This document shows positions 1 to 6,996 of a stretch of 44,431 nt of DNA, piece by piece (the stretch's first letter is position 1; each line of letters starts with the position of its first letter). A program made the translations under genes and the position numbers. This DNA comes from a virus. Its lineage: Duplodnaviria; Caudoviricetes. The DNA lies in the IMG/VR virus record IMGVR_UViG_3300033153_002357, positions 1-44,431 of that record, one strand, 5' to 3'. The notes under the pieces are model-generated. The model was not told the DNA's origin. It saw only the letters and a list, made by a program, of their open reading frames with translations, and made no database searches.

Positions 1-170
1 GCCCCCATTTTTTTGGCTAGTTTGCCTGCTGCTAGATCCGTGGCTTTTGTTACATGCTGCCTTACTAATAACTCAGCCTGATCTATTTGTGGATTGAAAA
101 TCCTATTCATTTTTTGTTTATAGTGATCCAACTGAAACTTAGTCCAGTGGTGCTTCTTTTTATCTGTCAT
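1..170 (-). CDS. Partial phage hypothetical protein (runs off the left edge), MTDKKKHHWTKFQLDHYKQKMNRIFNPQIDQAELLVRQH...
   Basis: Hand translation: ATG at 170, GAGGA SD just upstream, frame open to position 1; lies downstream of the promoter at 203-231. Confidence 0.75.
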   Translation of the reverse strand, partial: MTDKKKHHWTKFQLDHYKQKMNRIFNPQIDQAELLVRQHVTKATDLAAGKLAKKMG

Positions 171-202
171 ATTTCCTCGCTTTCATTTTTTGTTATGGGA
201 TA

Positions 203-231
203 ATCCTATACGCTAGCGTAACAAATGTCAA
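203..231 (-). promoter_or_regulatory. sigma70-type promoter TTGACA-N17-TAGGAT
   Basis: TGTCAA at 226-231 and ATCCTA at 203-208 on + strand, exact 17-nt spacer. Confidence 0.7.
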
Positions 232-251
232 CCTACATTTTTAATGCGGTT

Positions 252-367
252 TACAACCTGAGGTTGTATCCATTGGATATTATATCCCCGACCACCCACC
301 CCTATTATATAGGATAATTTGGGATTGTAAAGGATAATAATGTCGCACCTGCTCAACTACAGGTTGA
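252..367. promoter_or_regulatory. Two CAAC-N5-GTTG dyads (operator-like)
   Basis: TACAACCTGAGGTTGTA at 252-268 (perfect 8-bp arms) and TCAACTACAGGTTGA at 353-367. Confidence 0.5.
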
Positions 368-422
368 AAAAAAATTTAAGTCTGCCTTATTTTTGCCTCA
401 TTTATATGGGATAGTCCTAAAT

Positions 423-545
423 ATGAATAAAGATATGTATACAATAATAAAAGATTTAATTGAAAGTGTTAAAATTTTAATAAAGCGTGTTGAACGCTTA
501 GAAGAAAAAATTCAGGGGTCTACTCGTTTAGATGGCTCCGAATAG
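423..545 (+). CDS. Small hypothetical protein, 40 aa, coiled-coil-like (MNKDMYTIIKDLIESVKILIKRVERLEEKIQGSTRLDGSE)
   Basis: Hand translation; below the size cutoff of the ORF track; heptad-like pattern. Confidence 0.45.
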   Translation: MNKDMYTIIKDLIESVKILIKRVERLEEKIQGSTRLDGSE

Positions 546-546
546 T

Positions 547-927
547 GATCAACCCAGTGTCACACCGCAACTAGTTTGCCGTCTTCACTGGGTGCTGATC
601 CCCGATCCAATGGTGTGTAACACATCAAGATATGCGCAATGTCATTGGATCTGGGATCGGTTAACGTGCCTAACTTTTCGCGGATGGTTGCAATTCTAGT
701 TCGCCACCGCGTACCGATACTAGATAACGGCGGGACAGGACTGGTCAAGGTGATACAGAAAACCTGTACAACGGATGGGACCGACGGATGTAACGATTAG
801 CTTCGTTGCCGACCATCCCTACTGTTGGCTAAAATACTGTAAACAGCGCCGGGTTTTTGTTATATTTTGACTCGGCGCTATGCGACTCTCAGGTGGTGTA
901 CCAGGTGATGCTGACATCACAGTCGCA
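547..927 (+). ncRNA. Putative structured non-coding RNA / array of about 7 consecutive stem-loops
   Basis: GC-richer than its flanks; inverted repeats at 547-600, 595-660, 657-717, 735-767, 773-818, 845-879, 881-927; several imperfect pairs read as G-U on the + strand. Confidence 0.55.
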
Positions 928-951
928 AGCGACAAGCAGCAAGCTTCAAGC
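926..951 (+). repeat. 4 x CAAGCNN heptamer tandem repeat
   Basis: CAAGC at 926, 933, 940, 947. Confidence 0.9.
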
Positions 952-960
952 AGTTAGCGC

Positions 961-995
961 TTGACTTTGGTGAATAAAGGATTATATAGGATAAT
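961..995 (+). promoter_or_regulatory. Probable promoter (TTGACT -35) with ATATAGGATAAT motif overlapping the -10/RBS
   Basis: TTGACT 961-966; TATATA 983-988; ATATAGGATAAT 984-995 directly before ATG 996. Confidence 0.55.
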
Positions 996-1517
996 ATGAG
1001 AAATAAAAAAGAAGCTTTAAAAATTACAGACAGTTTTACAAAAACTTCTAAGATGCCTGGACTATCTTACAGCCTGCCAGCTTGGGAGTGTAAGACCGGA
1101 TGGAAACTGGCTCAAGTACCCGGGACGCCTTGTTTTAGTTGTTATGCTAAGAAGGGCAATTATACAAGATATCCAGCTATTAAACGAGCGCAATATAGAA
1201 GACTGAAAGCAATTGACAACCCGTTGTGGGTTGATGCGATGGTAACAGTAATCAAGAGACAAAAATTTTTTAGATGGCACGACGCCGGAGATGTTCAGTC
1301 AAAAGAGCATATGCAAAAGATCTTAGAAATATGCAGAGCAACGCCAAACACTCAGCACTGGTTAGGCCCTGAGTCTAGCGCTTGGTCTCATGAGTCCGGA
1401 GTTACTACAGACATCGCGAAGCGTACTTGCCCGGCACCAACGCAGGGGGGAAAGTGTTTGGATTGCAGAGCTTGTTGGAGTAAAGACATTAAAACCATAA
1501 TTTACGGGAAACACTAA
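996..1517 (+). CDS. Gp88-family phage protein (radical-SAM-like, Cys-rich), possibly internally shortened
   Basis: SKMPG-SYSLPA-EC...CFSCYAKKG, FRWHDAGD and C-terminal CPA...GKCLDCRACW...YGKH motifs typical of gene product 88. Confidence 0.75.
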   Translation: MRNKKEALKITDSFTKTSKMPGLSYSLPAWECKTGWKLAQVPGTPCFSCYAKKGNYTRYPAIKRAQYRRLKAIDNPLWVDAMVTVIKRQKFFRWHDAGDVQSKEHMQKILEICRATPNTQHWLGPESSAWSHESGVTTDIAKRTCPAPTQGGKCLDCRACWSKDIKTIIYGKH

Positions 1518-1699
1518 TGACAGTAAAAGAATTAATAAAACGTTTAGAAAAAATAAAAAATAAAAATTTACCAGTTAGAGTTATTGCAATTGAGGATGAA
1601 TCCAACTACTGGCTTGATCCTGATGGTGTTGAAGTTAGCAACACTGGAGAAAGTGGCTATGAAATATCTGGTGAAGTTAGATTGATTGGTAGTGAATAA
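1517..1699 (+). CDS. Hypothetical protein (MTVKELI-type small phage protein)
   Basis: ORF track; TAATG coupling on both sides. Confidence 0.75.
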   Translation: MTVKELIKRLEKIKNKNLPVRVIAIEDESNYWLDPDGVEVSNTGESGYEISGEVRLIGSE

Positions 1700-1851
1700 T
1701 GACAGACAAAGCTAGTTTATATATTTATAGAGTAAAGACTGGATCAAAAAGAATAAAAAAAATTAAGTTAAAAAAATTTTTAAAAGATGTAAATTTATTA
1801 ACTTGTAGAAATATAAAATTTTACGTAAATAAAAAAGATGCACGTATTTAA
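1699..1851 (+). CDS. Small basic hypothetical protein, 50 aa (MTDKASLYIYRVKTGSKRIKKIKLKKFLKDVN...)
   Basis: Hand translation; TAATG overlap with the upstream gene. Confidence 0.65.
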   Translation: MTDKASLYIYRVKTGSKRIKKIKLKKFLKDVNLLTCRNIKFYVNKKDARI

Positions 1852-1996
1852 ACATCCCAGCTATTACAAAAAAGTAAAGGAAGAAGGCAAACGCTCAAGC
1901 AACAAGCAGCAAGCCACAAGCTCCAAGGATCCTGAAGCAACAAGCAGCAAGCAATCAACAAGACTCAAGCCGCAAGCAACAAGCATCAAGCCCTGA
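1838..1996 (+). CDS. Small hypothetical protein, 52 aa (MHVFKHPSYYKKVKEEGKRSSNKQQATSS...) running into the heptamer array
   Basis: Hand translation; overlaps the end of the previous ORF; C-terminal half is translated repeat. Confidence 0.45.
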   Translation: MHVFKHPSYYKKVKEEGKRSSNKQQATSSKDPEATSSKQSTRLKPQATSIKP

Positions 1997-2033
1997 GGCA
2001 CAAGCCTCAAGCGTCAAGCCACAAGCATCAAGC
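1896..2033 (+). repeat. CAAGCNN heptamer array (15 exact and 4 degenerate copies)
   Basis: CAAGC at 1896,1903,1910,1917,1941,1948,1966,1973,1980,1987,2001,2008,2015,2022,2029; variants at 1924,1934,1959,1994. Confidence 0.95.
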
Positions 2034-2353
2034 TCCTTGATAACCTTTCCCTCATAAAGTTTTACAAGGTTAAGGGAGAGGGCCTTAACAAGAATAAATG
2101 TGTTGTCTGGATGTTTCACATGGAACGCTATTTGATGTGGTGAGAGACGAACTTTGTTTGTCCGAGTAGCTTTTAATTCTACTGTAAAAAAGTGATTGTT
2201 ATTATTATAGCCCAGTAAATCAGGAGTACCCCATGAAACGCTATTTTCCACGCGTGTAAATGATAATTTGCGATTATTTTCAGTAACGAACGTTTTAATT
2301 TCATGCCATAATTTTTTTTCTGGTTTCACTACTACACCTCCTTTAATTGTCAA
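1955..2353 (-). CDS. PD-(D/E)XK nuclease, VRR-NUC / Holliday junction resolvase-like
   Basis: E..LW, RVEN, GTPDLL, FTVELKA, LSPHQIAFH motifs; true start is probably the downstream GTG (VKPEKKLW) after GGAGG. Confidence 0.8.
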   Translation of the reverse strand: MTIKGGVVVKPEKKLWHEIKTFVTENNRKLSFTRVENSVSWGTPDLLGYNNNNHFFTVELKATRTNKVRLSPHQIAFHVKHPDNTFILVKALSLNLVKLYEGKVIKELDACGLTLEACASGLDACCLRLESC

Positions 2354-2883
2354 CGCATAAATAACTGAATTGATACTCTAGGCATTATCGGACTTATGAT
2401 ATTATTAACCTTGTGATCAAGTGGGGTCTTAACAATTATGATTGAGTTCCCAATAACAGGGAGAAAGCCAAAACCATTTTGATCATTAAACATAAATTCG
2501 CCACCCCAATTCTTATTCCAACTATGATTAATATAATAACTAGCTCCATAGGTCCAATTGCCATCATTATGCCAGTTAATTCCACTACCCTTTTTTAGAA
2601 AATGTATTGTAGTAGACATATGACTTAGCTTTGGACAATCAAAATATTGATTATGTTTTATCAATGTTTTTAAACGTTCAAAAGGTGGATAGCCAACAGT
2701 CAAGGCAGTAACAGGGGGAACTAAATCTTTATATAAATATTTTTTCCAAAACTCTGTTGTGTCCTTAAATTTTATATCTTTACGCTCTTTTAGGATAGCG
2801 TCATGGATGCCTTTGTATAAAGGGTATGGTAGAAAATTATGTATCCACCACAATTTACCTGGAATATTATAAGCTAACTTCAC
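2350..2883 (-). CDS. 2OG-Fe(II) oxygenase (prolyl 4-hydroxylase-like)
   Basis: INWHND...WGGEFMF...HKVN...RVS: HxD...H triad plus 2OG-binding Arg. Confidence 0.85.
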   Translation of the reverse strand: MKLAYNIPGKLWWIHNFLPYPLYKGIHDAILKERKDIKFKDTTEFWKKYLYKDLVPPVTALTVGYPPFERLKTLIKHNQYFDCPKLSHMSTTIHFLKKGSGINWHNDGNWTYGASYYINHSWNKNWGGEFMFNDQNGFGFLPVIGNSIIIVKTPLDHKVNNIISPIMPRVSIQLFMR

Positions 2884-3104
2884 AACTTCTTAACAATTTT
2901 ACCCATCTTCCAAGACTCAGGGGTAACTGTTATAGCCAACCTATGTGTTTCTCTTACACCAATTAATTTATTCTCCAATAATTGTATACCTTTTATGTCA
3001 TAAAACTCACCATTAGGAAGCACAACCTGTACCCGGGCGTTGGCTGCTACTTCGCCTTGCATGAATTTATCTAATGCTGCTCTCAATACCTTTCCAGTAA
3101 ACAT
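2880..3104 (-). CDS. Hypothetical phage protein
   Basis: ORF track; 4-nt overlap with the next gene. Confidence 0.75.
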   Translation of the reverse strand: MFTGKVLRAALDKFMQGEVAANARVQVVLPNGEFYDIKGIQLLENKLIGVRETHRLAITVTPESWKMGKIVKKL

Positions 3105-3142
3105 GGGTTGATTTATAATCTATGTTGTATTAAAAAGCAACT

Positions 3143-3307
3143 ATGAGTAAACAACGAGAACGAGGACGTAAATGGGATGGCAGATCAAGAATCTCAAATG
3201 ATAAATACAAGGAAGGTTGGAATAGGATATTCAATGGGACTACCAAAGAAATTGACAGAACAACAGATGAAGTTCGCCTACGAACTGGTAACAAACGAAG
3301 GTCGTAA
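3143..3307 (+). CDS. Small hypothetical protein, 54 aa (MSKQRERGRKWDGRSRISNDKYKEGWNRIF...)
   Basis: Hand translation; overlaps the 5' end of terS in another frame. Confidence 0.6.
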   Translation: MSKQRERGRKWDGRSRISNDKYKEGWNRIFNGTTKEIDRTTDEVRLRTGNKRRS

Positions 3308-3806
3308 AACAGCAACACAGTGTGCAGTAGACGCAGGTTTTGAAAAGAAGTGGGCTAGGCAATATGCCAGCAAACTACAAAACCCAAAACTATACCCGCT
3401 AGTAGTTAAATACATTGGTGAATTAAGAGAAGAGTGGCAGAGAAAATACGAAGTCACTTATGAAAAACATATTGCTGAACTAGCAAAACTTAGAGACGAG
3501 GCTCGCAAAAAGGGAGCGTGGTCTGCTGCAGGGAATATGGAGATTGCGAGAGGAAAAGCTGCGGGTCTGTACATTGAACAAAAAATAATCCGGACAGGCA
3601 AACTAGAAGACCTAACAACAGAAGAACTAGAATCACGTATGAAGAAGATAATTGATGACTATTCACCCATCTTAGAAAACGTTCCATTTGAAGAAATAAA
3701 AGAGACAGTAACCCAAACAAAAGAAGGATCTTCAAAATCATTAGATGAGGACCCTCTCCATCTTGATGATGCAGCCGACGGGGAAGACGTTCCTGTCACT
3801 GAATAA
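3234..3806 (+). CDS. terS: Terminase small subunit
   Basis: LTEQQMKFAYELV...TATQCAVDAGF...ASKL.NPK HTH, then coiled coil and EIARGKAAGLY; start reassigned to ATG 3234 (AGGA SD at 3224-3227). Confidence 0.8.
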   Translation: MGLPKKLTEQQMKFAYELVTNEGRKTATQCAVDAGFEKKWARQYASKLQNPKLYPLVVKYIGELREEWQRKYEVTYEKHIAELAKLRDEARKKGAWSAAGNMEIARGKAAGLYIEQKIIRTGKLEDLTTEELESRMKKIIDDYSPILENVPFEEIKETVTQTKEGSSKSLDEDPLHLDDAADGEDVPVTE

Positions 3807-4025
3807 CTCATCATTAGTTTCATAACTCGCAAAAGTTCTAACATTCTTTGCGTCTCTATTAAATACGTACGCGTGAGTGACCATGATCGAAGGCATCATA
3901 CCTGCGAACTCATGTGAGCCTGCGTGCCCAGCATCCCCGGTGATGTCAGCCCACGTTATTTTGTAGAAGTAATAACGCTTCTTCTTAATCACAACTGATT
4001 TGTATTTAGTTTTCTTAGCTACCAT
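3741..4025 (-). CDS. Conserved-type hypothetical phage protein
   Basis: ORF with GGAG SD; YKITWADITGDAG...FPVGCI. Confidence 0.75.
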   Translation of the reverse strand: MVAKKTKYKSVVIKKKRYYFYKITWADITGDAGHAGSHEFAGMMPSIMVTHAYVFNRDAKNVRTFASYETNDELFSDRNVFPVGCIIKMERVLI

Positions 4026-4101
4026 GATTCTCCATAGGGTTTATAATATGAGAACAGGTTTTTGAAAATCGCTTTTTCATACTCGCGCGCAGGGAATCCT
4101 G

Positions 4102-4191
4102 TGTAGCAGCATGTAACACTCATGTAGCATGTTTGTAGCAAGCATTTAGTCAATAATATCAATACTTTAAGTCTAATGTAGCAATGTATCA
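4102..4191. repeat. Phased TGTA(G/A/T)CA iterons flanking an IHF consensus site; candidate origin or packaging site
   Basis: TGTAGCA 4102, TGTAACA 4112, TGTAGCA 4123, 4134, 4177, TGTATCA 4185; TATCAATACTTTA 4157-4169 matches WATCAANNNNTTR; T-tracts follow. Confidence 0.6.
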
Positions 4192-4269
4192 TACTTTTTT
4201 TCAAATTTTTTTTTCTAAAGTCATTTCTCATATAAATAGCTCTATGGTACATGGTGCCTGAAGCCTGTC

Positions 4270-4968
4270 TCATGCCCCTTGAGCCTTCTCCCGGTGGTAT
4301 CTACCCACTCTTTCAAGCCATCTATACATAAATTGTCTAAATTCGTCGCCATGGGCCACATATCTAAGCACGTCACCACCCTTAACACTTATCAAAATGA
4401 CTCCAGAATTAATCTTAGTCCCGTAAACGTAGTTGTGAGCAAGAGCATAAGCCGCCGTTTGTACGAAATAATCGTCAATCCATTCACGCTTCTTGTACTT
4501 ATTGCTTTGTTTAAAATCTATGATAGACTCCCGGCCTTCGTAAATCCCCACAACGTCAGACGCTCCCGCATATAAATCAGGGTACCATAGAGGCATCTCT
4601 AACCCCCAAACCTCCTCTAAGGGGCTGAAATGGCCTTTATCGATGATGTTTTGGGCCATGGTGCCTGCCTCTTGACCCAGATCAGTTAGATCCATGTGAC
4701 CTTCCCCTTTGATATAGCCTTCTAGAATCCTATGCATAATAGTACCTCGGGCTGCTGCATCATCACGTATTTGGTCTGCCTTCTTTTCGCCTTCTCTTTG
4801 CCGCCATGCAGCCAATTTTGCCTTCGACTCTTCCGATCGAGTGGCTCCTAAAATAGTTGTAACAGATGGCAATCTTTCTCCGTTGATGTCGTACACTCTA
4901 CCACCGGGGCCATCCACCCTTTTGATCTCTTGATAATTAAACTTTGGTTTTCCGTTCCATATTGGCAT
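4270..4968 (-). CDS. PD-(D/E)XK exonuclease
   Basis: LPSVTTIL, RGTIMH, YAGASD, IIDFKQ, YFVQTAAYA motifs. Confidence 0.85.
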   Translation of the reverse strand: MPIWNGKPKFNYQEIKRVDGPGGRVYDINGERLPSVTTILGATRSEESKAKLAAWRQREGEKKADQIRDDAAARGTIMHRILEGYIKGEGHMDLTDLGQEAGTMAQNIIDKGHFSPLEEVWGLEMPLWYPDLYAGASDVVGIYEGRESIIDFKQSNKYKKREWIDDYFVQTAAYALAHNYVYGTKINSGVILISVKGGDVLRYVAHGDEFRQFMYRWLERVGRYHREKAQGA

Positions 4969-5371
4969 TTCTAAACTCCGTTAGGTTGATTATTTCAGCC
5001 CCCTCGTCGAGGCGTTCTTTTGCGTAATGTTCTATTATTTTAGTTATCTTTGGTAGTTTAGTATGTGCATAAGGCCATAACAGACGGGCAACGTAGTAAG
5101 CATCTCTGAAACAACAACGCCACCTGTACTGCATCTTGTGGCCAGTTTTATCTCGAGGCTTTTTATTTAAAGTACCACAACCAAGTATCTCCATCATCCA
5201 ACGCAGCACTGATTCATCGGTCATAGTTACTTCCATAACTATGCGCCAGGTGTAGGTTTTACGCGGGCTTCCGTCCCTCTTCTTTTTGGTCTCATAATAT
5301 TTTTTATAGGTAATACTTCCTTCCCCATCAAAGAGGCCGGCAATGTAGGCTATGTCTGCTTCTCTAAGCAT
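4937..5371 (-). CDS. Free-standing single-motif LAGLIDADG endonuclease-like protein
   Basis: AYIAGLFDGEGSI motif and typical downstream alpha/beta core. Confidence 0.85.
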   Translation of the reverse strand: MLREADIAYIAGLFDGEGSITYKKYYETKKKRDGSPRKTYTWRIVMEVTMTDESVLRWMMEILGCGTLNKKPRDKTGHKMQYRWRCCFRDAYYVARLLWPYAHTKLPKITKIIEHYAKERLDEGAEIINLTEFRNANMERKTKV

Positions 5372-5928
5372 ATCTTATTCTCCCCAGATTCAATTGTTTT
5401 AAACCCATACAAAGTGAGCGCGTATGCGATTACATCCATTTGATATTTTTTATAATCGTCAAATATAAACCTTGCACGGGGCGCTGCTCGGTTGGCAAAC
5501 CAAACCGCCTCCGTCATTACATCTTTTGACATGTGCGGGCCATCAAAGTGTACTAGATTATAAGGACCTGTATCCCAAAATCTATTCATGAACTCCACAT
5601 CTGTCATGTGAAACAAATCAAACTCAGTATAAATAGATAAATCTTTTTGAAGTTGGCAACGCATGTTTTCTGTATAGTCTGCCGTGTAGGCAGGCGAAGT
5701 ATCGTAGTGCTGATATTTTAAATTACCATACGGATCAATTCCTATATGTCTATAATTACCAACTGGAACACGATCTATAAACGTGTCCATAATTATTTTA
5801 GAGCCAAGACCTTCCCTCACACCTATCTCGCAGGTCATAACTAAATCAGTAAGTGTAGTCTCTTCACACCACTTTTGTAACAAATCATATTCTGAACTAT
5901 CGCCTTTAATCGCCATGCTTCCTTTCAT
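5350..5928 (-). CDS. Class I SAM-dependent methyltransferase (Methyltransf_24-like)
   Basis: CEIGVREGLGS, IGIDPY, VHFDGPH, FIFDD motifs. Confidence 0.85.
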   Translation of the reverse strand: MKGSMAIKGDSSEYDLLQKWCEETTLTDLVMTCEIGVREGLGSKIIMDTFIDRVPVGNYRHIGIDPYGNLKYQHYDTSPAYTADYTENMRCQLQKDLSIYTEFDLFHMTDVEFMNRFWDTGPYNLVHFDGPHMSKDVMTEAVWFANRAAPRARFIFDDYKKYQMDVIAYALTLYGFKTIESGENKICLEKQT

Positions 5929-6112
5929 AGTCAGGTCCTAATTGTATTTTATTTATGTAGTCACTGACTTCATTTGTTAGTTTCTTGTTATCTTCTTCAA
6001 GTGCTTTGATAGTTGCACCTGCGCGCCTACAGGTTTCCTGTAGGAATTTTACTTTGCCCTCTAGCTCTTCAATTCTTAATGTCAGATCCAATGGGCCCCG
6101 GGTCTCCTTCAT
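5906..6112 (-). CDS. Small coiled-coil hypothetical protein
   Basis: ORF track; heptad pattern; overlaps both neighbours. Confidence 0.7.
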   Translation of the reverse strand: MKETRGPLDLTLRIEELEGKVKFLQETCRRAGATIKALEEDNKKLTNEVSDYINKIQLGPDYERKHGD

Positions 6113-6239
6113 CTTTTATTTCTCCTTCTGAATTACACATGGTGCATTGAACAACAATTTCTTGTTCTTTGCTTGGCCATGTAACTTCTTTTTTAACTTT
6201 AATATAACCATTACCTTTGCATCTCGGACATATCTTCAT
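6069..6239 (-). CDS. DnaJ-type zinc-finger miniprotein, 56 aa (MKICPRCKGNGYIKV...QCTMCNSEGEI...)
   Basis: Hand translation; CxxCxGxG and CxxCxxxG; fills the gap between ORFs. Confidence 0.75.
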   Translation of the reverse strand: MKICPRCKGNGYIKVKKEVTWPSKEQEIVVQCTMCNSEGEIKDEGDPGPIGSDIKN

Positions 6240-6242
6240 GTC

Positions 6243-6719
6243 CTACGCCTCTTTGAATAACTCTTTTAGAGATTTTTTGTAGACGGCTAATACTTTTTCA
6301 TGATCTTTAAAAAGTCTGTCCACATCTTCTTCTCTCCATTTATGTTTATTTAAAATGGCATCAACTGTTTTACCAACATTTATCTTTGAAGCTTTGATTA
6401 TGTCGTAGTTTAGTTTTGTATAGTAACCATCACTGGACTCGTCAATCTCTTGAATTTCTTCATCAGTCATTCCAAGTTTAAGATCCATACCATCCAGAAT
6501 TGATTTTAATTGCATAAGTGTTTTTCTACCCCAGTTAGGTACGCGAAGTATTTCTCCTTCTTTAAGTTTAACTAGGTCCCTTACTGTTTTTATAGGTCCC
6601 CACCCTGAATCAGGATAATCTTCATGATTTTTATTAAGCCATTCAATAGCTTTATAAACTCTACGATTAACCTCAAACTCTTCAATGTTCCAATCTAGTT
6701 TATTTTTTTTAACGTCCAT
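6243..6719 (-). CDS. RNA polymerase alpha subunit C-terminal-domain-like protein
   Basis: IEEFEVNRRVYKAI...IKTVRDLVKLKEGEILRVPNWGRKTLMQLKSILDGMDLKLGM aligns by eye with the RpoA CTD (VDDLELTVRSANCL...[30 protein letters not shown]...LSLGM). Confidence 0.8.
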   Translation of the reverse strand: MDVKKNKLDWNIEEFEVNRRVYKAIEWLNKNHEDYPDSGWGPIKTVRDLVKLKEGEILRVPNWGRKTLMQLKSILDGMDLKLGMTDEEIQEIDESSDGYYTKLNYDIIKASKINVGKTVDAILNKHKWREEDVDRLFKDHEKVLAVYKKSLKELFKEA

Positions 6720-6996
6720 TTTCTTTCTCCTTTTTAAAATATTGTTTTGCTTTCATTCTTACATACTCATGATCTAAGCCAGCGTACTGGCAAACGAGAG
6801 CGAAGTCTCGATTATAATCAGTGAAGTAAGATCTTGCTAAATCTATAGAGACACATCCAAAGTTTTTATTTGGATTAGGTTTAATAGCATCTTCAAGAGC
6901 AGCTATTAAAACGTTACGCCATAGATTACGTTCTGCATTTAAGCTTTCGCCTAATACATTAATCGCTTTTGGAAATACGCTTACTGAATTTGCCAT
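6709..6996 (-). CDS. Hypothetical phage protein
   Basis: ERNLWRNVLIAALEDA...DFALVCQYAGLD; overlaps neighbours. Confidence 0.75.
   Translation of the reverse strand: MANSVSVFPKAINVLGESLNAERNLWRNVLIAALEDAIKPNPNKNFGCVSIDLARSYFTDYNRDFALVCQYAGLDHEYVRMKAKQYFKKEKENGR

Noticed and set aside
560-748. 62-aa minus-strand ORF
   Set aside because: No recognisable motif or SD; lies in the hairpin array, where higher GC makes chance ORFs likely
547-927. Possible tRNA, tmRNA or group I intron
   Set aside because: No cloverleaf with T-loop and CCA, no tag reading frame or intron core recognised, and no interrupted gene; a covariance search is still needed
1896-2033. Possible CRISPR array
   Set aside because: Period is 7 bp with 2-nt spacers; no 25-45 bp repeats or cas genes
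3177-3233. N-terminal extension of terS given by the ORF track
   Set aside because: A better SD and the domain start are at ATG 3234; the upstream bases belong to ORF 3143-3307
4019-4273. 84-aa minus-strand ORF
   Set aside because: Crosses the iteron/IHF/T-tract region; composition reflects the repeats
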